A program made the position numbers and the translations under genes. The notes below the pieces were generated by a model that saw only the letters and a list, made by a program, of their open reading frames with translations, was not told the origin of the DNA and did no database searches. Shown here piece after piece: positions 17,791 to 26,506 of a stretch of DNA of 64,000 nt. Position 1 is the stretch's first letter. Each line of letters opens with the position of its first letter. The DNA comes from an uncultured Gaiellaceae bacterium (GTDB taxonomy: Bacteria > Actinomycetota > Thermoleophilia > Gaiellales > Gaiellaceae): the NCBI GenBank assembly GCA_963846665.1, contig CAWJWW010000002.1, positions 560,733-624,732 on the forward strand. Direction: 5' to 3'.

Positions 17791-18828
17791 ATGATGTCGT
17801 CAGGTGAAACAGATCGTCCCGCAACCGCAGGCTCGTTGACAGCACTGCCAACGGTCGACCAGCTTCGGCGGTCGGGCGAGGGCTTCGACGAGCAGGCCGT
17901 TCGCGAGGCGTTCGACGCCTTCCGGCGCCACACGACCCAGCTGCAGGCGCAGCTGCGCGTGCTCCAGGCCGCCCGGACGACGACGAACGTCGAGCCGACC
18001 GGCCACGCCGTCCGGATGGACGCGCTCCACCTGATCCGCGCCGCCGCCGAGTTCGCCGACGTGCTCGAGCGCGACGCCCAGACCGCCTCTGCCTCCCAGC
18101 TCCAGCGGACCGAGGAAGAGGTGCGCGAGAAGCAGCGCGAGCTGCAGGAGCGCGAGGCCGAGATCGAGCGCTATCGCGCCGAGTCGGACCGCCAGCGTGC
18201 CGAGATCCTCAACGCCGCCAAGACCGAGGCGCGCGAGCTGCTGGCGAAGTCGAACGCCGACGCGACCCGCGAGTTGCGCGAGGCCGAGACCCGCGGCACC
18301 CGCCTGCTCGAGCAGTCGCGCCACCAGGCGACCGAGCTGACCAACTCCGCCCGGGCCGAGGTCGAGCAGACGCTCGAGTGGGCCCGTGCGCAGGCTGCCG
18401 CCGTGATGGCGCGCGCCCAGAAGGGCGCCGAGCAGCTGCTGACCGCGGCCGGCCTCGGCGAGCCCCACATGTCCCGCGTGATCGACGCGATCATGGAGGC
18501 GAACGAGAGCGACAACGTCCGCGCCGGCACCGTGCCGCCGCAGCGGCCCGCGGGGGCGTTCGCAGGCCCGCAGTCGACACCCCCGATGTCGGCGCCGCCC
18601 GCATTCGAGCCGCCCGCCTCTGTTCCGCCCGCCTCGGTACCGCTGTCGGAGCCTCCCGCTTCGGAGCCGCCGTTCGCGCCGCCCACCGTCTCGGCGCCGC
18701 CGCTCTCCGGCCCGCCGCCGGCCGCGGACGAGCACACGGAGCAGCACGAGGCAACCGAGACCGATGACGGGCCCGGTGAGCACGAGCCCCGCCACGATGG
18801 CGGCTCGGAGCCCGAGCCCGGGCAGTAG
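17791..18828 (+). CDS. DivIVA-domain-like coiled-coil protein with Pro-rich C-terminus
   Basis: [19 protein letters not shown] resembles the DivIVA GYD..EVD.FL motif. A long heptad-like region follows ([29 protein letters not shown]), then PPASxPP repeats. Confidence 0.55.
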   Translation: MMSSGETDRPATAGSLTALPTVDQLRRSGEGFDEQAVREAFDAFRRHTTQLQAQLRVLQAARTTTNVEPTGHAVRMDALHLIRAAAEFADVLERDAQTASASQLQRTEEEVREKQRELQEREAEIERYRAESDRQRAEILNAAKTEARELLAKSNADATRELREAETRGTRLLEQSRHQATELTNSARAEVEQTLEWARAQAAAVMARAQKGAEQLLTAAGLGEPHMSRVIDAIMEANESDNVRAGTVPPQRPAGAFAGPQSTPPMSAPPAFEPPASVPPASVPLSEPPASEPPFAPPTVSAPPLSGPPPAADEHTEQHEATETDDGPGEHEPRHDGGSEPEPGQ

Positions 18829-19252
18829 GTCCGCGCGTGCTGCGCCGGACGTGGCCCCGTTTCGGGGCCGAAGCGCTCTTCATCGTCGCCGCCGCCGCGG
18901 TAGCCGCGTGGCAGAACCTCAGCGTCACCGGGGTCGTCATCGTGATGGCTGTCGCCTGGCTGGCAGTCGTGGCGGTCGAGTGGACGCTCTCGCGCCCCGC
19001 TGCTGGATCGTCCGGCTTGGTCGCGGTCGACCCGCTTCCCGGCGACGTGGTCGCGCTCGGCCCCGCCGGGATCCCCATGGACGTGCTCACCGCGATCGCC
19101 GCCTCGGAGGGCGACCCGCTCGACCTGACCTGGGACGACGAGCGCCCGGAGCCGGAACCGGAACCGGAGCCAGAGCCAGAGCCGGTCGTCAAGCCCGACC
19201 GCTGCTCGAGGAGCCTGCGTCCCCCGACGAAGGCGAGCACGAAGACGAACAT

Positions 19253-19276
19253 GCAAGTGTTGCTGCAACACAAAGT
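19253..19276. repeat. AT-rich hairpin palindrome, copy i (intragenic, in frame)
   Basis: GCAAGTGTTGCTGCAACACAAAGT with stem GTGTTGC/GCAACAC around a single T. It is read as ASVAATQSL in the acidic linker between two PE tracts. Confidence 0.75.
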
Positions 19277-19323
19277 CTGCCTTCCGCCGAGCTCCCCGTC
19301 CTCGAGCCGGAGCAGGTCGCGCC

Positions 19324-19414
<91 letters not shown>

Positions 19415-19722
19415 GTCGTCCTCCGTGCACTGCCCGATCCCGATCCCGATCCCGAGCCTGAACCCGAGCCGGTCGTCGAGCCCGAGCCGGAGCCTCAGCG
19501 GATCGTGACCCTGCCGCTCTCGTCCGAGCCGCGCGCCTGGAACGTCTGGGAGCTCGAGCGGCTCGTCCGCGACACCTCCGGGGAGGACTCGGCCCGCGAC
19601 GAGGAGCGCTCGTTCCTGCTCGTCTACCTGCGTGACTTCGCGTCCCCGGACGGGCTGTTGCCGACCGACTTCGACTCGCTCGTCCGCGAGTCGTTCGGCG
19701 ATCTGCTCGCCGGCAGCGTCCG

Positions 19723-20148
19723 GTGAGCGTGACCATGCTCCAGCGGGTGGTCGCGCTCGCCGCCGTCGCCCTCGTCGCCGGCCTCGGAGCGCTCGCCCTC
19801 GCTTCGACCGGCAAGGACGCCGCCGCCCTGGAGACAGGCCCCAGGCCCGTGCCCGTCCTCGACGGCGGCTGGTACACCGCGCTCGCGGGCTCCCGCGGCG
19901 CCACCGAGCCCGGGACCCGGACGACCTGCCGCACGATCCTCACGGGCCGATCGCTCGGGGTCAGCCATCCGGTGCTCCCCTGCGGCGCCAAGATCTACCT
20001 CTCCTACGGCGGCACCGAAGTGCTGACCGAGGTGATCGACAACCGGATGGGCAAGGCGGGCCGGCAGTTCGAGCTGACCGACACGCTCGCGCAGCGGCTC
20101 GGGATCGCCGGGACCCAGGAGATCCGCTGGCGCTTCGCCACCCGCTAG
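19723..20148 (+). CDS. RlpA-like double-psi beta-barrel (DPBB) secreted protein
   Basis: Signal/TM region [60 protein letters not shown] fits the RlpA/DPBB pattern. Confidence 0.55.
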   Translation: MSVTMLQRVVALAAVALVAGLGALALASTGKDAAALETGPRPVPVLDGGWYTALAGSRGATEPGTRTTCRTILTGRSLGVSHPVLPCGAKIYLSYGGTEVLTEVIDNRMGKAGRQFELTDTLAQRLGIAGTQEIRWRFATR

Positions 20149-20182
20149 GGCTCTGCCGCACCCGGGCGGGCTACACTGCGGA

Positions 20183-20350
20183 TGCTCGACCCTGTGCGTG
20201 GCCTCGCGTTCCAACGTGAACCAAGGATCACGTAAAGGGAGCCTGGGTCCGGTCTAGACCTCACCCGTCGACGTCCGGCACGGCACCCACCTGGTAAAGC
20301 CAGGTTCGCATCGGCGCGAGGAACATCGGCAGGGTGGGGCGTTTGTTTTC
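20183..20350 (+). ncRNA. candidate structured small RNA or leader (family unknown), overlapping a possible 17-codon leaderless micro-ORF
   Basis: TACACT (20172-20177) could serve as a -10. Long-range pairings: ACCCUG 20189-94 with CAGGGU 20330-35, and CCUCGCG 20202-08 with CGCGAGG 20315-21. Internal hairpins lie at 20214-33 and 20289-305. It ends in GUUUGUUUUC. ATG 20182..TAA 20235 would encode MLDPVRGLAFQREPRIT. Confidence 0.25.
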
Positions 20351-20545
20351 GGCGCAAGTTGGTGGGATCCGCAGCGCGCCCCTAAAGCGTCGCTCCCCGC
20401 TGCGCAAGATCGGGCGCTGGGAAGACCCCTAAAGGGTCGCTCCGCTCCCGTTTGTTGGCGCAAGATCGGGATCCGCAGGGGCGGATCCCGATCGCGCGAA
20501 GACCCCTAAAGGGTCGCTCCGCTCCCGGGCTCGCAGATCGGCCGC
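20341..20545. repeat. degenerate tandem repeats (about 2.5 units) with two identical 29-mers
   Basis: GAAGACCCCTAAAGGGTCGCTCCGCTCCC occurs at 20421-20449 and 20498-20526, with a diverged copy near 20379-20400. GCGCAAGATCGGG occurs at 20402-14 and 20458-70. Units start GTTTGTT. A perfect hairpin GGGATCCGC-AGGG-GCGGATCCC lies at 20468-89. Confidence 0.8.
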
Positions 20546-20582
20546 GAGGGATGGCCGGCCCGAGTCGTGGCGTAGGCCTCGG

Positions 20583-20588
20583 TAGGCT
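20583..20588 (+). promoter_or_regulatory. -10-like hexamer TAGGCT, 6 nt upstream of mnmA ATG
   Basis: TAGGCT-gattcg-ATG(20595) read directly. Confidence 0.4.
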
Positions 20589-20594
20589 GATTCG

Positions 20595-21857
20595 ATGCAG
20601 GAGATCCTCGGAGACTCGGCGCGCGGGGAGGAGTTCGCGCTCGTCCGGCTGACGGTGGACGGCGACCGGATCGTCTCCGCCGACGCGCCCGGGCTCGCCC
20701 GGCCGCTCGACGGGCTGACGCTGCTCGAGGCCGCCGCCGTGCCGGGCGAGACGCTCGCCGCCGACGCGCTCGCGAACGCGCTTGCCCAGGTGTTCACCGC
20801 TCCGGCGTCCCCGGGCCGGATCGCGGTCGCGATGAGTGGCGGCGTCGACAGTGCCGTCGCGCTCCTCCGCGCCGGCCCCGAGGCGATCGGCGTCACGCTT
20901 CGGCTCTGGCTCGACCCAGCAGGCCCCGACACCGAGCGCGCCTGCTGCTCTCCCGCCGCCGTGATCGCGGCCCGGGAGACGTGCCACGCGCTCGGGCTGC
21001 CCCACGTCACGCTCGACCTGCGGGAGGGCTTCCGGAAGGCCGTCGTGGCGCCGTTCGTCGCGGCCTACGCACGAGGGGAGACGCCCAACCCCTGTGGCCG
21101 CTGCAACGGGAGCTTCCGGTTCGGCGAGCTCCTGGGATTCGCCGCCCGCGCCGGCGCCGCGAAGCTGTGGACGGGTCACTACGCGCGGATCGTCGAGCGG
21201 GACGGGATCCGCCTGCTCGCCCGCGCCGACGATCCCGAGAAGGACCAGTCGTACATGCTTGCGCCGATCGATCCGGCCGAGCTCGAGCGGGTCGAGTTCC
21301 CGCTCGGTGCCCAGGACAAGGCCGCCACCCGTGCGGAGGCGGCGAAGGCGGGCCTCGCGGTCGCCGAGCGGCGCGAGAGCCAGGAGGCGTGCTTCCTCGC
21401 CGGCGACGACTACCGCGCCTTCCTCGAGCGCCAGGGCGCCGTCCCCGCGCCCGGGCCGATCCTGGACGAGGACGGGAACGAGCTCGGCCGCCACGAGGGC
21501 TTCTGGCGCTACACGCCGGGCCAGCGTCGCGGGATCGGCGTGGCCGCACCCGAGCCGCTCTACGCGCTCCGGACCGACGCTGCCACGAACACGCTCGTCG
21601 TCGGCCCGCGCGACGCGCTCCTCTCGAGCGAGGTCGAGGTGGAGGGCCGCCTTCACCTCCCGGTCGAGCGGGCCGAGGCAAAGCTCCGGTACCGCTCTCC
21701 GGCGCTCCCGGCACGCGTGTACCGCACCGACGCCGGGTTCCGGCTCGAGCTCGAGCGGCCGGCGTCCGCAGTCGCGCCGGGCCAGGTCGTCGCGCTCTAC
21801 GACGACGGCGCGGTCGTCGGCGCAGGTGTCGTGGTGCCGTCCGGGAGACGTAACTAG
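20595..21857 (+). CDS. mnmA: tRNA 2-thiouridine(34) synthase MnmA with a ~74-aa N-terminal extension
   Basis: PP-loop AMSGGVDSAV, NPCGRCN, DQSYML and RYTPGQRRG. The N-terminal 74 aa (EEFALVRLTVDGDRIVSADAPGLARPLDGLTLLEAAAVPG) precede the PP-loop. Confidence 0.9.
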   Translation: MQEILGDSARGEEFALVRLTVDGDRIVSADAPGLARPLDGLTLLEAAAVPGETLAADALANALAQVFTAPASPGRIAVAMSGGVDSAVALLRAGPEAIGVTLRLWLDPAGPDTERACCSPAAVIAARETCHALGLPHVTLDLREGFRKAVVAPFVAAYARGETPNPCGRCNGSFRFGELLGFAARAGAAKLWTGHYARIVERDGIRLLARADDPEKDQSYMLAPIDPAELERVEFPLGAQDKAATRAEAAKAGLAVAERRESQEACFLAGDDYRAFLERQGAVPAPGPILDEDGNELGRHEGFWRYTPGQRRGIGVAAPEPLYALRTDAATNTLVVGPRDALLSSEVEVEGRLHLPVERAEAKLRYRSPALPARVYRTDAGFRLELERPASAVAPGQVVALYDDGAVVGAGVVVPSGRRN

Positions 21858-21861
21858 GATC

Positions 21862-22338
21862 ATGGGCGTGCCGCTCGTAGCCCTCAGCGCCGGGGACCTC
21901 GCCCGCTACGCGCTCGCGCTGTTCCTGCTCGCCGTCGGGCTCGGCCTCGGGTTCATGTTCTGGCGGCTCGGCGGAACCTTTGCCCGCCTTTCCTCGTTGA
22001 TCAGGGGAACCGAGCGCGAGCTCCTGCCCGTGATCAACAAGGTCGGAGTCAGTGTCGACAAGGTCAACGGGCAGCTGGACAAGGTGGATCGGGTGACGGA
22101 CAGCGCAGTGGATATGGCAGACAGCGCGGACACGGCCGTCCGGGCCGTCAGCATGGCGATCGCGAAGCCCGTGCAGAAGCTCTCCGGGCTCGCCGCCGGG
22201 CTCGCACACGGCGCCTCCGCCTTCAAGGCCGAGCACGATTTCGGTGCCGCGGTACGGGTCGGCAAGGACGCTGCCGCGCGCCGCGAGCGCGACCTCGGCG
22301 ACGAGCTGAGGCACGCGGGCGGAGACGGAGAGATCTGA
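21862..22338 (+). CDS. DUF948-like membrane protein
   Basis: N-terminal TM ALALFLLAVGLGLGFMFW is followed by helical repeats (VINKVGVSVDKVNGQLDKVDRVTDSAVDMADSADTAV). TAGGAT abuts ATG 21862, and GTG 21868 is an alternative start. Confidence 0.6.
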   Translation: MGVPLVALSAGDLARYALALFLLAVGLGLGFMFWRLGGTFARLSSLIRGTERELLPVINKVGVSVDKVNGQLDKVDRVTDSAVDMADSADTAVRAVSMAIAKPVQKLSGLAAGLAHGASAFKAEHDFGAAVRVGKDAAARRERDLGDELRHAGGDGEI

Positions 22339-22721
22339 TGGACGAGATCCAGATCGCCCTGCCGCGCGAGCGAGGATTCGGCGCGGTGGCCGGGCTCGTC
22401 GTCGGCGGCGTCGCCGCCCGGCACGAGCTGACGATCGAGGTGCTCGACGACCTCCAGCTCGCCTTCGAGACGCTCCTCGAGCACGAGGACAGCGAGCAGG
22501 AGATCACGATCGTCCTCCGGATCGGACCGGGCACGGTCGACGCCGACGTCGGCCCGTTCACCATCGACTCGGTGGTGGAGCTCCGCGCCGACGCGGGGGA
22601 AACGCTCGGGCTCCGGCGCCTGCTCGACACCGTCGTCGACGAGGTCTCGGTGGACGAGCGCGCGGACGGCGCCTGGGTGGGGCTGCGCAAGGCCTTCGCT
22701 GCGGCGGGAGAGCCGGCCTGA
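22338..22721 (+). CDS. hypothetical protein translationally coupled to the sigma factor gene (possible anti-sigma or regulatory partner)
   Basis: 127 aa. ATGA overlaps on both sides link it to DUF948 and the sigma gene. I see no recognisable kinase or STAS motifs. Confidence 0.45.
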   Translation: MDEIQIALPRERGFGAVAGLVVGGVAARHELTIEVLDDLQLAFETLLEHEDSEQEITIVLRIGPGTVDADVGPFTIDSVVELRADAGETLGLRRLLDTVVDEVSVDERADGAWVGLRKAFAAAGEPA

Positions 22722-23521
22722 TGCCGCGCGAATCCGACAAGATCCTGCTCCGCCGCTATCACGAGCACGGCGACCTCGCCGCCCGTGAGCAGCTGATCGA
22801 GCAGTACCTCTCGCTCGTCCGCTCGCTCGCCCGCCGCTACAGCTACCGCGGCGAGCAGCTCGAGGACCTCGTCCAGATCGGCTGCATCGGCCTGATCAAG
22901 GCGATCGACCGCTTCGATCTCGAGCGCGGGGTCGAGCTGACCACGTACGCGACGCCGAACATCATCGGTGAGATCAAGCGCCACTTCCGGGACAAGGGCT
23001 GGGCCGTGCGCGTCCCGCGCGGGCTCCAGGAGCTGAACGTCCAGCTCTCGAAGCTGATCGAGCAGCTGACCGTCCAGGAGGGCCGCTCCCCGACGATCCC
23101 CGAGCTCGCCAAGGCAGCCGGCGTCGAGGAGGAGGCGGTCCTGGAGGCGCTCGAGTCGGGCCGCGCCTACACCTCGCTCTCGCTCTCCGCAGGCGGCTCC
23201 GACGAGGACGGCGAGCTCGATCCGCTCGAGTCGCTCGGGACGGAGGAGCACCAGTACTCCGTCTCCGAGGATCGCGCCGTCCTGGCGCCCGGCTTCCGCG
23301 CGCTCGACGAGCGGGAGCGCCGGATCCTCCACCTCCGCTTCTTCGACGGCCTCACGCAGTCGCAGATCGCCCAGCAGGTCGGGATCTCGCAGATGCACGT
23401 CTCCCGGCTGATCCGCCGCGCGCTCGAGAAGATCCGCGAGGAGATCGGCGCCGACGTGGACGTCTACGGCGAGCCGATCGACGGCACCGACGCGCTCGAG
23501 CGCGAGCGCGCCGCCGGCTAG
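22721..23521 (+). CDS. RNA polymerase sigma factor, SigB/F/G (group 3) type
   Basis: Region 2 DLVQIGCIGLIKAIDRFD..TYATPNIIGEIKRHFRD. Region 4 FFDGLTQSQIAQQVGISQMHVSRLIRRAL. Confidence 0.85.
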   Translation: MPRESDKILLRRYHEHGDLAAREQLIEQYLSLVRSLARRYSYRGEQLEDLVQIGCIGLIKAIDRFDLERGVELTTYATPNIIGEIKRHFRDKGWAVRVPRGLQELNVQLSKLIEQLTVQEGRSPTIPELAKAAGVEEEAVLEALESGRAYTSLSLSAGGSDEDGELDPLESLGTEEHQYSVSEDRAVLAPGFRALDERERRILHLRFFDGLTQSQIAQQVGISQMHVSRLIRRALEKIREEIGADVDVYGEPIDGTDALERERAAG

Positions 23522-23539
23522 CCGGCTCAGGCCCGCCCC

Positions 23540-23545
23540 TACAAT
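23540..23545 (+). promoter_or_regulatory. -10 hexamer TACAAT, 6 nt upstream of alaS GTG
   Basis: TACAAT-cccagg-GTG(23552) read directly. Confidence 0.5.
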
Positions 23546-23551
23546 CCCAGG

Positions 23552-26104
23552 GTGCGTACGACCGCAGAGATCCGTGAGGGCTTCCTGTCCTTCTTCGAGG
23601 AGCGCGACCACAAGCGCTTTCCCTCGTTCCCCCTGATCCCGCCCGCCGAGGATCCGTCGACGCTCTTCATCTCGGCCGGGATGCAGCCCCTGAAGCCGTA
23701 CTTCTCCGGCGCGAAGCAGCCGCCGGCGCCCCGCTTCACGACGGTGCAGAAGGTGCTGCGCGCGGGCGGCAAGGACACCGATCTCGACGAGGTCGGCCTC
23801 ACCGCCCGGCATGCGTCGATGTTCGAGATGCTCGGCAACTTCTCGTTCGGCGACTACTTCAAGGACGGTGCCGTCGACCTCGCCTGGGAGTTCGTGACCG
23901 AGCGGATGGGACTCGAGCCCGACCGGGTGTGGGCGAGCGTGTTCTCCGGTGACCCCGAGCTCGGGCTCGAGGAGGACGAGGTCGCCGTCCAGGCGTGGCT
24001 CCGCAAGGGGCTGCCGCGCGAGCGGATCGTGGCCTTCCCGCGCAAGGACAACTTCTGGGGTCCTGCGGGCGAGACCGGCCCGTGCGGGCCCTGCTCCGAG
24101 CTGCACTACGACCGGGGCGAGAGCTACGGCTGCGGCGAGGCGAGCTGCGGCCCGAACTGCGAGACCTGCGACCGCTTCATCGAGTTCTGGAATCTCGTCT
24201 TCATGGAGTACGACCTCCACGCGGACGGGACGCTGACGCCCCTCCCGAAGCAGAACATCGACACGGGGATGGGCCTGGAGCGGGCGGCGATGCTCGTCCA
24301 GGAGGTCGAGACGCTCTTCGACACCGACGGCTTCCAGCTGATCATGGCCTGGATCGAGCGCGAGTCCGGCGTCGGCTACGGCACCTCGCCGCAGGCCTCG
24401 AAGGCGCACCGTGTCCTCGCCGACCACGGCCGCGGCACGACGTTCCTGATCGCGGAGGGCGTCACCCCGTCGAACGAGGGCCGCGGCTATGTGCTCCGCC
24501 GGCTGATCCGCCGCGCCGTCGTCCAGGGCCGCCGGATCGGCCTCGATGCGGTCTACCGGCTGCCCGCGCTCGTCGTCGAGCAGGTCGGGCCGTGGTATCC
24601 CGAGGTCGTCGAGCACGCAGAGACGATCGAGCGCGTCTTCCGCCAGGAGGAGGAGCGCTTCCGCGAGACGCTCGACCGCGGCCTCCGGGAGTTCGAGGCG
24701 CTCGCCGCCCAGGAGTCGATCGGCGCCGAGGACGCCTTCCGGCTCGCAGCGACGCACGGCTTCCCGATCGAGCTGACGGTCGAGCTCGCGGAGGAGCGCG
24801 GGCAGGCGGTCGATGTCGACGGCTACCGCCAGCAGATGGTGCAACACCGCGAGATCTCCCGAGCAGGCGGCGAGTCGAGCGGCCAGCGCGCGGCGGACTT
24901 CGGTGCTGCCGCCGGGTTCCGAAGCGAGTTCGTCGGCTACGAGAAGACGGACGTGCTGACCCAGATCGGCGCGCTCGAGCCCGCCGGCGAGGGGCTCTTC
25001 CTCGCGAAGCTGCGCGAGTCGCCCTTCTACGCGGCCGGCGGAGGCCAGGTCACCGACGCGGGCGAGCTCGTCCACGAGGAGACCGGCGCGACCGCGACGC
25101 TCCGCGAGGCCCATCGCCTCGGCGACGACCAGGTGCTGCTCTTCGAGGGGGAGGGTTTCGCCGCGGGCGATCGCGTCCGCGCGCTCGTCCCCTGGTCGAC
25201 CCGGTTCCCGACGACGGCGAACCACACCGCCACCCACCTCCTCCACGAGGCGCTCCGCCAGGTGCTGGGCGAGCACGTCCGCCAGGCCGGCTCCGCGGTG
25301 CGCCCCGACAAGCTCCGCTTCGACTTCACCCACGACGCCGCGCTCACGACGGAGCAGCGCGAGGAGGTGGAGCGGATCGTCAACGAGCAGGTCTTCCGCA
25401 ACCTCCCCGTCCGGATCTACGAGACCCCGATCGACGAGGCCCGTGCGCTCGGCGCCCAGATGCTCTTCGGCGAGAAGTACGGCGAGATCGTGCGCGTCGT
25501 CGACGTGGACGGGTTCTCGCGCGAGCTCTGCGGCGGGATCCACGTCCGCTCGACGGCCGAGATCGGCCCGTTCGCGATCGTCTCGGAGGGCTCGGTCGGC
25601 TCCGGCGCGCGCCGCATCGAGGCCGTGACCTCGGGCGAGGCGTACGCCCTCCTGCGGGGCCGGGCGGCGGAGGCGGAGGCGCTCCGGGCGGAGCTCGTGG
25701 ACGCGCGCAAGGCGGCCAAGACCGCGAAGGCTGCGCCGGCCGCCGAGGACACGTTCTCGATCACTCGGCAGACGTCGTCCGGCGGGGTGGAGGTGCTCGT
25801 CGTCGAGGTCTCCGCCGGCGATCCGCTCGACGTCTCCGACCGACTCAAGCAGCAGCATGCGCCTGCGGCCGTGATCGTGGGCGCGCAGGAGAACGGCACC
25901 GCCCAGCTCGTCGTCAACATCGACGCGTCGCTCGAGAGTCGCGGCGTCCACGCGGGCAACGTCGTCCGCGAGGCGGCGGCCGTGATCGGCGGCGGCGGCG
26001 GCGGCCGGCCGACGATGGCCCGGGCGGGCGGCAAGATCGTCGAGAAGCTGCCCGAGGCGCTCGCGACCGCGGAGCGACTGATCCTGGAGGCGCTGTCCAC
26101 ATGA
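23552..26104 (+). CDS. alaS: alanine--tRNA ligase
   Basis: 850 aa. FFEERDHKRFPS, MLGNFSFGDYFK, editing-domain HTATHLLH and CGGIH. Confidence 0.95.
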   Translation: MRTTAEIREGFLSFFEERDHKRFPSFPLIPPAEDPSTLFISAGMQPLKPYFSGAKQPPAPRFTTVQKVLRAGGKDTDLDEVGLTARHASMFEMLGNFSFGDYFKDGAVDLAWEFVTERMGLEPDRVWASVFSGDPELGLEEDEVAVQAWLRKGLPRERIVAFPRKDNFWGPAGETGPCGPCSELHYDRGESYGCGEASCGPNCETCDRFIEFWNLVFMEYDLHADGTLTPLPKQNIDTGMGLERAAMLVQEVETLFDTDGFQLIMAWIERESGVGYGTSPQASKAHRVLADHGRGTTFLIAEGVTPSNEGRGYVLRRLIRRAVVQGRRIGLDAVYRLPALVVEQVGPWYPEVVEHAETIERVFRQEEERFRETLDRGLREFEALAAQESIGAEDAFRLAATHGFPIELTVELAEERGQAVDVDGYRQQMVQHREISRAGGESSGQRAADFGAAAGFRSEFVGYEKTDVLTQIGALEPAGEGLFLAKLRESPFYAAGGGQVTDAGELVHEETGATATLREAHRLGDDQVLLFEGEGFAAGDRVRALVPWSTRFPTTANHTATHLLHEALRQVLGEHVRQAGSAVRPDKLRFDFTHDAALTTEQREEVERIVNEQVFRNLPVRIYETPIDEARALGAQMLFGEKYGEIVRVVDVDGFSRELCGGIHVRSTAEIGPFAIVSEGSVGSGARRIEAVTSGEAYALLRGRAAEAEALRAELVDARKAAKTAKAAPAAEDTFSITRQTSSGGVEVLVVEVSAGDPLDVSDRLKQQHAPAAVIVGAQENGTAQLVVNIDASLESRGVHAGNVVREAAAVIGGGGGGRPTMARAGGKIVEKLPEALATAERLILEALST

Positions 26105-26113
26105 AGGGGCCGC

Positions 26114-26506
26114 GTGAAGGTGATGGCGCTGGACTACGGCTCCGCGCGGACCGGCGTCGCGGTCTCCGACGCGACGGGCACTCTCGCCCGGCCCGTGACC
26201 GTGGTCGAGCGCGCCGCCGGGAAGGCCGGGCTCGCCGAGCTCGTCCGGCTCGTTGCGGCCGAGGCCCCGGAGCGGATCGTCGTCGGGCTCCCGCTCACCC
26301 TCCGCGGCGACGCGGGCGCCCAGGCGGAGGAGACCGCTCGCTTCGTCACGCAGCTCGAGGCGGCGGTCGACATCCCCGTCGAGCGGTTCGACGAGCGGTT
26401 CACCACCACCCTTGCCGCCCGCGACGGCGGCCGAGCCCCCGAGGACGCGCGGGCGGCGGCACATCTCCTCGAGACGTATCTGGCATGGTCGAGCGCACGG
26501 GCGTGA
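26114..26506 (+). CDS. ruvX: Holliday junction resolvase-like protein RuvX/YqgF
   Basis: MALDYGSARTGVAVSD..IVVGLPL. ATG 26123 behind GAAGG may be the true start. Confidence 0.85.
   Translation: MKVMALDYGSARTGVAVSDATGTLARPVTVVERAAGKAGLAELVRLVAAEAPERIVVGLPLTLRGDAGAQAEETARFVTQLEAAVDIPVERFDERFTTTLAARDGGRAPEDARAAAHLLETYLAWSSARA

Noticed and set aside
20379-20526. CRISPR-like array, suggested by the identical 29-nt direct repeats.
   Set aside because: There are only two exact copies plus one diverged copy. The spacings are unequal (about 42 and 77 nt between starts), and the 'spacers' themselves share repeated sequence (GCGCAAGATCGGG). No cas genes or leader are present in the window. It fits a degenerate tandem duplication better.
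22223-26464. A 1413-aa minus-strand ORF antisense to alaS, and many other long antisense or alternative-frame ORFs in the track (for example 12722-14665, 18171-19991, 32160-34529, 45090-46892).
   Set aside because: Their translations are Arg/Ala/Pro/Gly-rich low-complexity strings with no motifs. They lie opposite or out of frame with genes that have clear homology. This is the expected stop-codon-poor artefact of very GC-rich DNA.
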